DNA from: a virus
Taxonomy: Duplodnaviria; Heunggongvirae; Uroviricota; Caudoviricetes
Virus record (IMG/VR): IMGVR_UViG_2609459795_000007
Span: 1 to 25,775 of that record
Direction: 5' to 3' (one strand)
DNA: 25,775 nucleotides
A model generated the notes under the pieces. The model had not been told where the DNA came from and did not search any database. It saw nothing but the letters and a program-made list of their open reading frames with translations. Position numbers and translations under genes: made by a program. Numbering within the stretch: the first letter of the stretch is position 1; every line of letters starts with the position of its first letter. This document shows positions 9,293-17,967 of this stretch, in pieces.

Positions 9293-9481
9293 ATGCAGGA
9301 CTATTTTTTGGAGTCTTTGAAGCTCCAGCGCATTGATTTTTTTCTTAAGCTTGTAGCGGCTAGTGAGTGTAGTGATGAAGAGAAGGGGCTGGCTCTGCAG
9401 TGGGTTTCTGAATTGACTGATGAACTCATGGCAAAAATCAGAAGCCACGAATACAACCGCTCAATGGATGTCATCAGCTGA
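9293..9481 (+). CDS. Small SOS-controlled protein, possible Tum antirepressor N-terminal-domain equivalent
   Basis: 62-aa ORF with strong RBS (ATAGGAGGAAAG-ATG); immediately downstream of the LexA box and upstream of the DinI-like ORF. Confidence 0.5.
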   Translation: MQDYFLESLKLQRIDFFLKLVAASECSDEEKGLALQWVSELTDELMAKIRSHEYNRSMDVIS

Positions 9482-9491
9482 GGTGACTTTT

Positions 9492-9725
9492 ATGCGCATT
9501 GAAATAATGATCGATAAAGAGCAGAAGATTAGCCAGTCTACCCTGGACGCCCTTGAATCCGAGCTTTACCGCAATCTGCGCCCCCTGTATCCCAAAACGG
9601 TAATTCGCATTCGCAAAGGTAGCTCTAACGGTGTGGAACTAACCGGACTGCAACTGGATGAAGAAAGAAAACAAGTGATGAAAATTATGCAGAAGGTGTG
9701 GGAGGACGACAGCTGGCTGCATTAA
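9492..9725 (+). CDS. DinI-family protein (DinI-like / Tum C-terminal-domain-like)
   Basis: 77-aa ORF MRIEIMIDKEQKISQSTLDALESELYRNL...VWEDDSWLH matches the DinI family pattern (MRIEV...WE..D.W); ATG 9492 after AGGTGA. Confidence 0.75.
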   Translation: MRIEIMIDKEQKISQSTLDALESELYRNLRPLYPKTVIRIRKGSSNGVELTGLQLDEERKQVMKIMQKVWEDDSWLH

Positions 9726-9917
9726 GAAATGTTGCCCCCAGGAGGATTCATTCTGATGGGGGCTAGTTTGGGCAATGAGTGAAATAAGGCGTAAGGTGGG
9801 CGGTTATTTTGATAAGTGATCGTCCGCTTTGTGTCAGAAGCAGAAGTGGGAGTGTCTGAGACTCTCTAAAAGTTGATGATTCACTTACAAAACCATTTTC
9901 CTGATGGATGCTTACAC

Positions 9918-10253
9918 TTACGAATGATCATTCTGTTTAGTCTTCATGAGAAAATCCCGAATCTTTGCCAAGTTTGAATTTTCGGGGATTGAATCCATGT
10001 ACGGATCACGCTCAAACACTAATTGCTCAGATTCAACGAAAGCCTGCCACTCTACTGGGTCTAGCTCAAATCCCATTGCTGTCATATCACTTTCATCTTC
10101 CCCCTCGATCCAGTGGACTAAATAAAACAATTCATCATCAGGAGAATCATCCTCACCATCAACAATATCAACATCGGTTACAGTGATACGTAGGGTGGGA
10201 TCGATTTTTGAGACATAAATTCCTAACTGTGGTATAGGGGGAATATTGTTCAT
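9918..10253 (-). CDS. Strongly acidic small protein of unknown function (candidate DNA-mimic/anti-defence or regulator)
   Basis: 111-aa ORF with AAAAGGAG RBS 6 nt before ATG; about 26 Asp/Glu versus about 7 Lys/Arg by hand count; AT-rich cargo region. Confidence 0.6.
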   Translation of the reverse strand: MNNIPPIPQLGIYVSKIDPTLRITVTDVDIVDGEDDSPDDELFYLVHWIEGEDESDMTAMGFELDPVEWQAFVESEQLVFERDPYMDSIPENSNLAKIRDFLMKTKQNDHS

Positions 10254-10632
10254 GGAAACTCCTTTTATTGGTGTTTGCTATTTGAATAAAAATACGCCAA
10301 ACAGAGTGTTAACTGTGAATATGGAAAGAATCGTTGTAAGTACCCCGCTTAGGTGTCCCATTCTATTTTAGAGGTTCTCGTGCATATGGATTATGTTATC
10401 TGAAAGTTAACTTCCGCTTCCCGTTCACAGCGAACATTCATCTTTGTAAACCCGTATGATCCGTTTTTCAAGTGGCCATTCAGATACGGATTTTCACTTC
10501 CTTGACAGTGCATGACTATGCTGCATGAAATCGCATGATCGATTGAGGATCGTCTTTGCTCAGATCCGCCAGAACTGGCGGGCTTTTGCTCATGTTATGC
10601 ATGTGCATGAAAACCACTGCATAAAGCGGGCA

Positions 10633-10651
10633 GGCGTGGCGGGGATACGAG
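10633..10651 (+). other. Candidate cos site (cohesive-end sequence) of P2/186 type
   Basis: GGCGTGGCGGGGATACGAG followed by GCGCGCGCTGA; the first 13 nt match the 186/P2 cohesive-end sequences as I recall them (GGCG[T/A]GGCGGGGAAAGCA[T/C]); position between gene A region and portal gene as expected. Confidence 0.35.
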
Positions 10652-10743
10652 CGCGCGCTGAACCAGATAGATATATAAATTAAAACAGTTGTTCGGATAA
10701 AGGATTCTTGATAGCTTGAGCTTTTTCCTAAAAGGATTTTCCA

Positions 10744-12303
10744 ATGTCTAAAAACGAAATATCTCAGTTAAGAGATGAACAAGTAGATAACTTGATCATT
10801 TTGTGTGATGAAGCTATGAGGGCTACGCCTGAAAATGTCAAGAGATTCATAGAACCCGCGCCTGGCGTTCTTGCTCAATCGAAAGCCAAGCAGCACAGTT
10901 TGATTTTTGGTAGAAGGGGCTCTGGTAAGTCCTCATTGTTGAGGAAGGTAGTTGCAGATCTAACAATAGATAGAAGACCAATTTCTTTTGTTGATATGGA
11001 GACATTTAAAGGTCATTCATACCCTGATGTCCTAATTAGTGTTCTTATTAAAAGCCTACAAGAATTCGAGGTTTGGTTAGAAACTGCTGCATTAACCCCA
11101 GCTACTAAAACTACTTTTTGGAATCGAATTTTTGGTAGAGCGCCGGAAAGGAAACCTTTCAAAAAAAATCCTACAAATGAGCTTGTCCGTGAGCTCAAAG
11201 GCATCATTCAAGATTTAGAAAATAAACTTTTGCAGCCAGAAGAAATTAATGTGCAAAGAAAGGAAACTTCCACAAGAAGTTTTGAAGCTTCTGGTAATGC
11301 TTCCTTGAAGCAAGGTCCAGTAGATGTAGGAGTGGGAGTTAAAAAAGGAAATACAGGTACCAAAGAAATTAGTGAAGGATATAAATCATTAAAAACTGAA
11401 TACTTACATCAAAATATACTTAAGTTTCAAAGGTTTTTTAACAAACTTTCCGAATTGTCTGAAGGGCCGGCATATTTAATACTTGATGATCTATATCATA
11501 TTAGAAGAAGTGATCAGGCTAAAGTTATTGATTATTTTCATAGGGTTGCCAAAGGAAATGGTTTGTGGTTGAAAATTGGTACTATCAAGCATAGAAGTGA
11601 ATGGTATATTCATACAGATCCTCCTACTGGTGTTAAACTTGGTGATGATGCAAAAGAAATAAATATAGATATTTCTTTGGAAAAATTTGCAACTTTAAAA
11701 CAGTTTATGCAAAAAATACTCACTAATCTAATGGTAGAAACGCCGCCTATCACAGTAAATGGACTATTAAATACGACTGCAGTAGATAGGTTGATTATTG
11801 CTTCGGGTGGTGTTACTAGGGACTTTATTGGGATATTTACTAAAGCTATTAACCATGCGAGAGAAAGAGGGCCAGATCATCCTAGAGGTCCTCGAATTGG
11901 TGCAGAAGATGTGAATCTTGCTACTGGTGAATATGGTGATATCAAGCGTGAAGAATTTAAATTAGATGCTGATGATGATCGTATTGCCTTGGAGGAAGCA
12001 TTCACAAAACTTGTGGCATTTTGTTTGAATGATGCAAAATGTAATATTTTTCTAATTAATCAAAAAATGACTGGCCCTGTCAAGGATGCTATTAACCAGT
12101 TAATTGATTTAAGATTAGTGCATTTAGTCCAGTCTCGGGTCACTTTGAAGAAAGGTGCTGATGGCTTAGTTTTTGAGGCATATATGCTGGATACTAGTCA
12201 ATATACAGCATCTAGAAAAGTTCGAGATCTTAATTTGATTGACTTGAATTCCAAGACATTTAGTGAAGAGATACGTAAGAAAAAACTTCTCTATGAAGGT
12301 TGA
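10744..12303 (+). CDS. Orphan P-loop NTPase (AAA+/STAND-like), candidate single-gene defence protein
   Basis: 519-aa ORF, AAGGA RBS; Walker A GRRGSGKSS (aa 57-65); Walker B-like YLILDDLYH about 190 aa downstream; AT-rich; located between cos-like site and portal gene. Confidence 0.75.
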   Translation: MSKNEISQLRDEQVDNLIILCDEAMRATPENVKRFIEPAPGVLAQSKAKQHSLIFGRRGSGKSSLLRKVVADLTIDRRPISFVDMETFKGHSYPDVLISVLIKSLQEFEVWLETAALTPATKTTFWNRIFGRAPERKPFKKNPTNELVRELKGIIQDLENKLLQPEEINVQRKETSTRSFEASGNASLKQGPVDVGVGVKKGNTGTKEISEGYKSLKTEYLHQNILKFQRFFNKLSELSEGPAYLILDDLYHIRRSDQAKVIDYFHRVAKGNGLWLKIGTIKHRSEWYIHTDPPTGVKLGDDAKEINIDISLEKFATLKQFMQKILTNLMVETPPITVNGLLNTTAVDRLIIASGGVTRDFIGIFTKAINHARERGPDHPRGPRIGAEDVNLATGEYGDIKREEFKLDADDDRIALEEAFTKLVAFCLNDAKCNIFLINQKMTGPVKDAINQLIDLRLVHLVQSRVTLKKGADGLVFEAYMLDTSQYTASRKVRDLNLIDLNSKTFSEEIRKKKLLYEG

Positions 12304-12313
12304 GATAATTAGA

Positions 12314-12333
12314 AGAGGCGCTCTAGCGCCTCT
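12314..12333. terminator. Bidirectional intrinsic terminator-like hairpin between the convergent NTPase and portal genes
   Basis: Perfect 8-bp stem agaggcgc/gcgcctct with 4-nt loop tcta; T/A-rich flanks on both sides. Confidence 0.5.
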
Positions 12334-12375
12334 TTAGATTACTAATGTTTTATGGTTATTTTAATTTTAAGGTGA

Positions 12376-13401
12376 CTATAAAACATAATCTTTAAAGCGA
12401 ACTATTTCATCACTTACCCATGTGTTTACCTCCTCAAGCCTTTTTTGTAAAGGAATAAGTTCATTACGAACAAAGACCAAGCTCGCTTTTTCCACATCCC
12501 CAAAACCCCCAACATTATTTGGCATTATCCCCATCATCTGAGGCGGTACGCGGTGCGCAGCCATCATGTCATCGCGGCTGACATTTTTGATATTCAGAAA
12601 CTCATCCTTCGCCGCGACCTCTGACAACGGGATAATCTGAAGCCCGTCCTTTTTGCCGTTAGGTGAGTACATAAACAGGTTGCGGAAGTTACCCGGTCCT
12701 TTGGCACTTTTCATCGCGTTGCGGAGGTTGTTCACGTCCTCCTGGTTCTGCGCGGCATCGGTCATGTACATGATGAAGCCTGCGTGACTGCCGTTAATGT
12801 AATACTTGCGACGGAACAGCGTGGCGGACTCATTGAGCAGGGCTGACGGAATAGCAGAAAGATAACCGGGCAGGCCGTAGATCTCCTGGTTGATGTCCGG
12901 TTCCATCAGATGAAAGATGCTGCCTTTCGTGAACTGATATGGCTGCGTGGTCATACCGTATTGCACAAACCAGTAGGTATCCAGGTCTAACCCGCGTCGG
13001 GTGTATTTTGCCAAGGCAGATTCAAGGGCGATAACTTCACCGAAGCGGTTCGTGCGTTTCTCCAGGTAGGCGTTACCAAATACCAGATAGTCCTGCACAA
13101 AACGCGAAAAAGCCTGCTGGCTGAGCAGCGGGTGAGGGATGTAGGTGCTGGTCAGAATGTTGCACTTTACTGCAATCGGGGAACTATGATGAACGGCAGC
13201 GCGGAAGGTGCGCGCCAGTCCGTCAAAGCTGACGGGCGGCTCATACCAGCGGTCCATCTGTACGCATTCCACATAATCCAGCAGTTCTCGGCGGTCCAGA
13301 ACAGGAACGGGATCGCCGAAGCTGAATGCTTCGGCTGTAGTTTGACTTTTAAGCTGGATCTGTTTCGTCGCCGCAGCGCGGTTCTTCTTACTCTTTCCCA
13401 T
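12376..13401 (-). CDS. Q: Portal protein (P2 gpQ family)
   Basis: 341-aa ORF from ATG (complement of 13399-13401) overlapping the terminase stop (ATGA); size and order Q-P divergent from O as in P2. Confidence 0.85.
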   Translation of the reverse strand: MGKSKKNRAAATKQIQLKSQTTAEAFSFGDPVPVLDRRELLDYVECVQMDRWYEPPVSFDGLARTFRAAVHHSSPIAVKCNILTSTYIPHPLLSQQAFSRFVQDYLVFGNAYLEKRTNRFGEVIALESALAKYTRRGLDLDTYWFVQYGMTTQPYQFTKGSIFHLMEPDINQEIYGLPGYLSAIPSALLNESATLFRRKYYINGSHAGFIMYMTDAAQNQEDVNNLRNAMKSAKGPGNFRNLFMYSPNGKKDGLQIIPLSEVAAKDEFLNIKNVSRDDMMAAHRVPPQMMGIMPNNVGGFGDVEKASLVFVRNELIPLQKRLEEVNTWVSDEIVRFKDYVL

Positions 13402-15167
13402 CAAAAAATCTCCACAATATTGCTGGTATTGGCGGATTCGCCCTGCAGCGGTTCGTTAAACAGTGCGTGCATCGTTGCCCAGGCCAGATCGGCGTGGCTG
13501 GCTTCTTCGCTGCGGCTGGCTTCATAGGTCGGGCGGTTGCCACTGGCGGTGGTGGCGCGACGGATTGCCATAAAGGACTGCGCTATGTCGGTGTGTCCGG
13601 CGTCAAACTCCAGACGGCGGTGGCTGATAATGTCGTAGGCCTTGAGTACCAGGGCGTTTTTAACGTTGGGGTTGTAGACAAACTCCCGGACGGCAGGAAA
13701 AAACGCTTTCACGTTCTCGTAAACCCCGTGACCAACGCCGGTTGAGTCGATACCGATATAGGTCACGTTGTACTGTTCGGTCAGTTTTTTGATGGCGTCA
13801 GCCTGGGCGCGGAAGTCCATTCCGCGCCACTGGTGACGCTCAAGAATGCGGAACTTACCGCCCGGCACGGCTGGCGGCGCCACCACCACGCATCCGGCGC
13901 TGTCGCCGTTCTGCGTACCTTTCGCCGGGTCATATCCGATCCACACTTCGCGCCAGCCAAACGGGCGCAGGGCCAGTGCATGAAAGTCGGTCCAGACTTC
14001 CCAACTGTCCACCATGCACGCCTGCAGCTCGCTGAGTGGGAACACAGACGCGAGATCGTCCACGAACTCACACATCAGCAGGTTCTGGTATTCGTCCGGG
14101 CTGTACTCCATGCGCAACTGGTCGAGGTCGAACAGGTTACAGCCGCTGCGCACCGCATCTTCCACAGTGACTATCTGGCGGTACTGCCCGTCTGCGCACA
14201 GCAGGCCGGGGGCCAGATTGCTGTGGGACAGGTCGATGTCCACCTTATCGGCTTTGTTGCGCCCTCGGTTGAACAGCGCACCGGACCAGAACGGATAAGC
14301 ACTGTGTGTCAGGCTGGATGGCGTGGAAAAATAGGTTTGTCGCCATTTTTTGTGAATAGCCATACCGGAAGCCACTTTGCGCAGTTCTTGGAATTTCGGT
14401 ATCCAGAAATATTCATCCAGATACAGGTTGCCGTGGTAACTCTGGGCCGTGCGGGCATTGGTGCCGAGGAAGTACAGCGTGGCCCCGTTAGGAAGCACCA
14501 TCGGATCGCCTTTCAGCTCCACCTCCACTTCTTTGGCGAAGTCGATGATGTACTGCTTAAAGACGTGGGCCTGAGCCTTGCTGGCGGAAAGGAAAATCTG
14601 GTTACGCCCGGTTAGCAGGGCGTCAATCAGGGCTTCACGGGCAAAATAGAAGGTCGCGCCGATCTGGCGTGACTTCAGCAGGTTGCGGATGCGGTTGGTT
14701 TTTCCGGCTTCCCACCAGTGGCGCTGGTAGTTGAACATGGAGGAATGGAAGATTTCTTCCAGCTTCTCAATCTGTTCATCGGTGAAAACGTTCTTTTCCG
14801 GCTGACGGCGCGGGCCTTTGTTGCGGTTGGCGACGTTAGGGTTTAAGTCGGCTTCGTTGCCGCCATTGTTAAACTTGCCGATCCGCGCATGGCGCTCCGA
14901 CTGGCGCGCCAGCAGGTCAATCTCTTTGAAATCTTTCCCTTCTTTGTGCTCCTTCATAATGAGCTGGCAGTAGCGTGCGGCGGTGGTGAGCTGCATCTGA
15001 TCCAGCGGCCCATAGTCACCCCACTTGTCGCGTTTTTTCCAGCTGTGAACGGTTGCAACTTTCTCGCCCAGCATTTCAGCAATGCGGGCTACGCGGTATC
15101 CCTGAAAGTACAGCAGCATGGCCTGCCGACGGGGATCGAAATCTGCGGGTGTCAGTGTGGTGTTCAT
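13401..15167 (-). CDS. P: Terminase large subunit, ATPase (P2 gpP family)
   Basis: 588-aa ORF; size and position as P2 P; divergent from scaffold gene O. Confidence 0.85.
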   Translation of the reverse strand: MNTTLTPADFDPRRQAMLLYFQGYRVARIAEMLGEKVATVHSWKKRDKWGDYGPLDQMQLTTAARYCQLIMKEHKEGKDFKEIDLLARQSERHARIGKFNNGGNEADLNPNVANRNKGPRRQPEKNVFTDEQIEKLEEIFHSSMFNYQRHWWEAGKTNRIRNLLKSRQIGATFYFAREALIDALLTGRNQIFLSASKAQAHVFKQYIIDFAKEVEVELKGDPMVLPNGATLYFLGTNARTAQSYHGNLYLDEYFWIPKFQELRKVASGMAIHKKWRQTYFSTPSSLTHSAYPFWSGALFNRGRNKADKVDIDLSHSNLAPGLLCADGQYRQIVTVEDAVRSGCNLFDLDQLRMEYSPDEYQNLLMCEFVDDLASVFPLSELQACMVDSWEVWTDFHALALRPFGWREVWIGYDPAKGTQNGDSAGCVVVAPPAVPGGKFRILERHQWRGMDFRAQADAIKKLTEQYNVTYIGIDSTGVGHGVYENVKAFFPAVREFVYNPNVKNALVLKAYDIISHRRLEFDAGHTDIAQSFMAIRRATTASGNRPTYEASRSEEASHADLAWATMHALFNEPLQGESANTSNIVEIF

Positions 15168-15213
15168 GGCACAAACCTACAGCCTTGAATGAAGGCTTTC
15201 CCCGCCTGCGGTT

Positions 15214-15231
15214 TGTGTGGTTGTCGGTACA
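15214..15231. promoter_or_regulatory. Late-promoter activator site TGT-N12-ACA (Ogr/Delta/B type) in the divergent P/O control region
   Basis: tgtgtggttgtcggtaca; dyad centre about 87 bp upstream of the O start codon, compatible with a site centred near -55. Confidence 0.4.
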
Positions 15232-15309
15232 AATACCGCGCATTGTTTCACTGCCCCCATCACCGCAACCATAAGGCTCCAGTAAGTTTTTTCTAACGGA
15301 GCACGGCTC

Positions 15310-16143
15310 ATGACAGTGAAAGCAAAGCGTTTTCGCATCGGGGTGGAAGGTGCCACCACCGACGGACGCGAAATCCAGCGTGAATGGCTGGAACAGATGG
15401 CAGCCAGCTACAACCCGGCGGTGTATACCGCGCTGATTAACCTTGAGCACATCAAGTCTTATCTGCCGGACAGCACCTTTAACCGCTACGGCAAGGTGAC
15501 GGCGCTGTTTGCTGAAGAAATCACGGAAGGTCCGCTGGCAGGCAAGATGGCGCTGTATGCCGACGTTGAGCCAACGGAGTCCCTGGTGGAACTGGTGAAA
15601 AAAGGCCAGAAATTATTCACCTCTATGGAAGTCAGCCCGAAATTCGCTGATACGGGCAAAGCCTATCTGGTCGGCCTGGCTGCCACTGATGACCCTGCCA
15701 GTCTGGGTACGGAAATGCTGACATTCAGCGCCAGTGCAGCCCATAACCCGCTGGCAAACCGCAAGCAGAATCCTGCCAATCTCTTTACCGCTGCAGAGGA
15801 AACGGTGATCGAACTGGAAGAAATCCAGGACGACAAACCGTCCCTGTTTGCCCGCGTCACGGCGCTGTTTACCAAAAAAGAGCAGTCCGATGACGCCCGG
15901 TTCTCTGATGTGCATAAGGCCGTGGAGCTGGTCGCCACTGAGCAGCAGAACCTGAGCGCACGCACCGAAAAATCCCTGTCTGAGCAGGAAGAACGCCTGT
16001 CTGAGCTGGAGACTGCCCTGCAGGCACAGCAAACCGCCTTTAACGAACTGGTGGACAAGCTGAGTCATGAAGACAGTCGCCAGGACTACCGCCAGCGTGC
16101 AACAGGCGGTAACGCCCCCGCTGACACTCTGACCAATTGCTGA
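15310..16143 (+). CDS. O: Capsid scaffolding protein (P2 gpO family)
   Basis: 277-aa ORF with GGAG RBS; coiled-coil-rich C-terminus; order O-N-M. Confidence 0.85.
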   Translation: MTVKAKRFRIGVEGATTDGREIQREWLEQMAASYNPAVYTALINLEHIKSYLPDSTFNRYGKVTALFAEEITEGPLAGKMALYADVEPTESLVELVKKGQKLFTSMEVSPKFADTGKAYLVGLAATDDPASLGTEMLTFSASAAHNPLANRKQNPANLFTAAEETVIELEEIQDDKPSLFARVTALFTKKEQSDDARFSDVHKAVELVATEQQNLSARTEKSLSEQEERLSELETALQAQQTAFNELVDKLSHEDSRQDYRQRATGGNAPADTLTNC

Positions 16144-16159
16144 TGGAGCACAAAACCCG

Positions 16160-17218
16160 ATGAAGAAGAATACCCGCTTTGCTTTTAACGCTTACCTGCA
16201 GCAGCTGGCGCGTCTGAACGGTGTGGCAGTTGAAGAACTGTCCAGCAAGTTCACCGTGGAGCCGTCTGTGCAGCAGACGCTGGAAGACCAGATCCAGCAG
16301 TCCGCCGCTTTCCTGACGTTGATTTACGTCACGCCAGTGACTGAGCAGTCCGGTCAGCTGCTGGGGCTGGGAGTTGGCAGCACCATTGCCGGAACCACTG
16401 ACACCACCGCGAAAGAGCGTGAACCTGTCGATCCGACGCTGATGGTCGATGTGGAATATAAATGCGAGCAGACCAACTTTGACACGGTGCTGACCTACGC
16501 GAAGCTGGACCTGTGGGCGAAGTTTCAGGATTTCCAAGTGCGCATCCGTGACGCCATCGTGAAACGTCAGGCTCTGGACCGCATCATGATCGGCTTTAAC
16601 GGCGTGAAGCGTGCGAAAACCTCCAACCGTAGTGAAAACCCGCTACTGCAGGATGTGAACAAAGGCTGGCTGCAGAAAATCCGTGAGGATGCACCGGATC
16701 ACGTCATGGGCAGCACCACCACGGGCGGTGAAACCACACCGGGCGCAGTGAAAGTCGGGAAAGGTGGCGAATATGCCAACCTGGACGCCGTGGTGATGGA
16801 TGCCGTCAATGAGCTTATCGACGTGGTCTACCAGGACGATGACGATCTGGTAGTGATTTGCGGTCGTGAGCTGTTGTCTGACAAGTATTTCCCGCTGGTC
16901 AACAAAGAGCAGGAAAACAGTGAAAAACTGGCTGCCGATATGATCATCAGTCAGAAACGCATGGGTGGCCTGCAGGCGGTGCGTGCGCCGTTCTTCCCGC
17001 CGAATGCGCTGCTGATCACCCGTCTGGATAACCTGTCCATCTACTGGCAGGAAGACACCCGCCGCCGTTCAGTTATCGACAACCCGAAACGTGACCGGAT
17101 TGAAAACTTTGAATCCGTTAACGAAGCCTATGTGGTTGAGGACTACCGCTGCGCTGCACTGGTGGAAAACATTCAGATTGGCGATTTTAGCGCCGCCGCA
17201 GCAGAAACCGGAGCGTAA
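16160..17218 (+). CDS. N: Major capsid protein (P2 gpN family)
   Basis: 352-aa ORF; size and position as P2 N. Confidence 0.9.
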   Translation: MKKNTRFAFNAYLQQLARLNGVAVEELSSKFTVEPSVQQTLEDQIQQSAAFLTLIYVTPVTEQSGQLLGLGVGSTIAGTTDTTAKEREPVDPTLMVDVEYKCEQTNFDTVLTYAKLDLWAKFQDFQVRIRDAIVKRQALDRIMIGFNGVKRAKTSNRSENPLLQDVNKGWLQKIREDAPDHVMGSTTTGGETTPGAVKVGKGGEYANLDAVVMDAVNELIDVVYQDDDDLVVICGRELLSDKYFPLVNKEQENSEKLAADMIISQKRMGGLQAVRAPFFPPNALLITRLDNLSIYWQEDTRRRSVIDNPKRDRIENFESVNEAYVVEDYRCAALVENIQIGDFSAAAAETGA

Positions 17219-17221
17219 TCC

Positions 17222-17872
17222 ATGAGCCTGAGTCCCGCACGGCAGCATCGCCTGCGCGTTCAGGCTGAACAGGCCGCCCGCGAGGGCGGCAGTGTTCGCC
17301 ACGCGTCGGGCTATGACCTGATGCTGCTGCAACTGGCGGAAGACCGCCGTCGTCTCAAGGGCGTTCAGTCCACGGTCAAAAAAGCGGAAATCAAAGTGGA
17401 GCTGCTGCCGAAGTACGCCGCCTGGGCGGAGGGTGTCCTGGCTGCCGGAGGCGCTCAACAGGATGACGTGCTGATGTACGTGATGCTGTGGCGCATTGAT
17501 GCCGGAGATTATGCCGGGGCGCTGGAGATCGGGCGTCATGCCCTGCGTCATGGCTGGGTTATGCCGCTGGGTAACCGCAACGTGCAGACCGTGCTGGCAG
17601 AGGAAATGGCAGACGCTGCGCAGAGTGCAATGCTTGCCGCCACCGGCTTTGATGTCGATCTGTTGCTACAGACGCTGGAGCTGACAGACGGTCTGGATAT
17701 GCCGGACCAGTCACGGGCGCGTCTGCATAAAGCGATTGGCGCTGTCCTGAGTGAAACTAATCCGGCTTCCGCCCTTAATCATCTCAACCATGCGTTACAG
17801 CTCGATCCCCGCTGTGGCGTGAAAAAAGACAAACAGCAGCTGGAGCGCAGACTGCGCAATGACAGCCGCTGA
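17222..17872 (+). CDS. M: Terminase small (endonuclease) subunit (P2 gpM family)
   Basis: 216-aa ORF immediately after N with GGAG RBS. Confidence 0.8.
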   Translation: MSLSPARQHRLRVQAEQAAREGGSVRHASGYDLMLLQLAEDRRRLKGVQSTVKKAEIKVELLPKYAAWAEGVLAAGGAQQDDVLMYVMLWRIDAGDYAGALEIGRHALRHGWVMPLGNRNVQTVLAEEMADAAQSAMLAATGFDVDLLLQTLELTDGLDMPDQSRARLHKAIGAVLSETNPASALNHLNHALQLDPRCGVKKDKQQLERRLRNDSR

Positions 17873-17967
17873 CAGAACGTGCCCCCGCGCACGGGCGGCA
17901 CGGGGTGGCGAAAGGTACTGCCACATCAAAACCCCGTCCACCGCCCTTTATTTCAGGAGAAAGCAGC

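Noticed and set aside
10567-10590. Hairpin ccgccag-aa-ctggcgg followed by gcttttgct, resembling an intrinsic terminator
   Set aside because: No upstream plus-strand gene ends nearby; more likely part of the cos/packaging region structure. Left uncalled.
13833-14615. 260-aa plus-strand ORF inside terminase large subunit gene
   Set aside because: Antisense to a well-supported gene; Arg/His-rich composition typical of GC-rich reverse frames.
15613-16537. Minus-strand ORFs of 151, 131 and 165 aa overlapping scaffold and capsid genes
   Set aside because: Shadow ORFs opposite the late operon; Cys/Arg/Ser-rich products.
17873-17967. GC-rich imperfect repeats between M and L
   Set aside because: Could not resolve into a clean hairpin or a TGT-N12-ACA dyad; insufficient to call a promoter or terminator.
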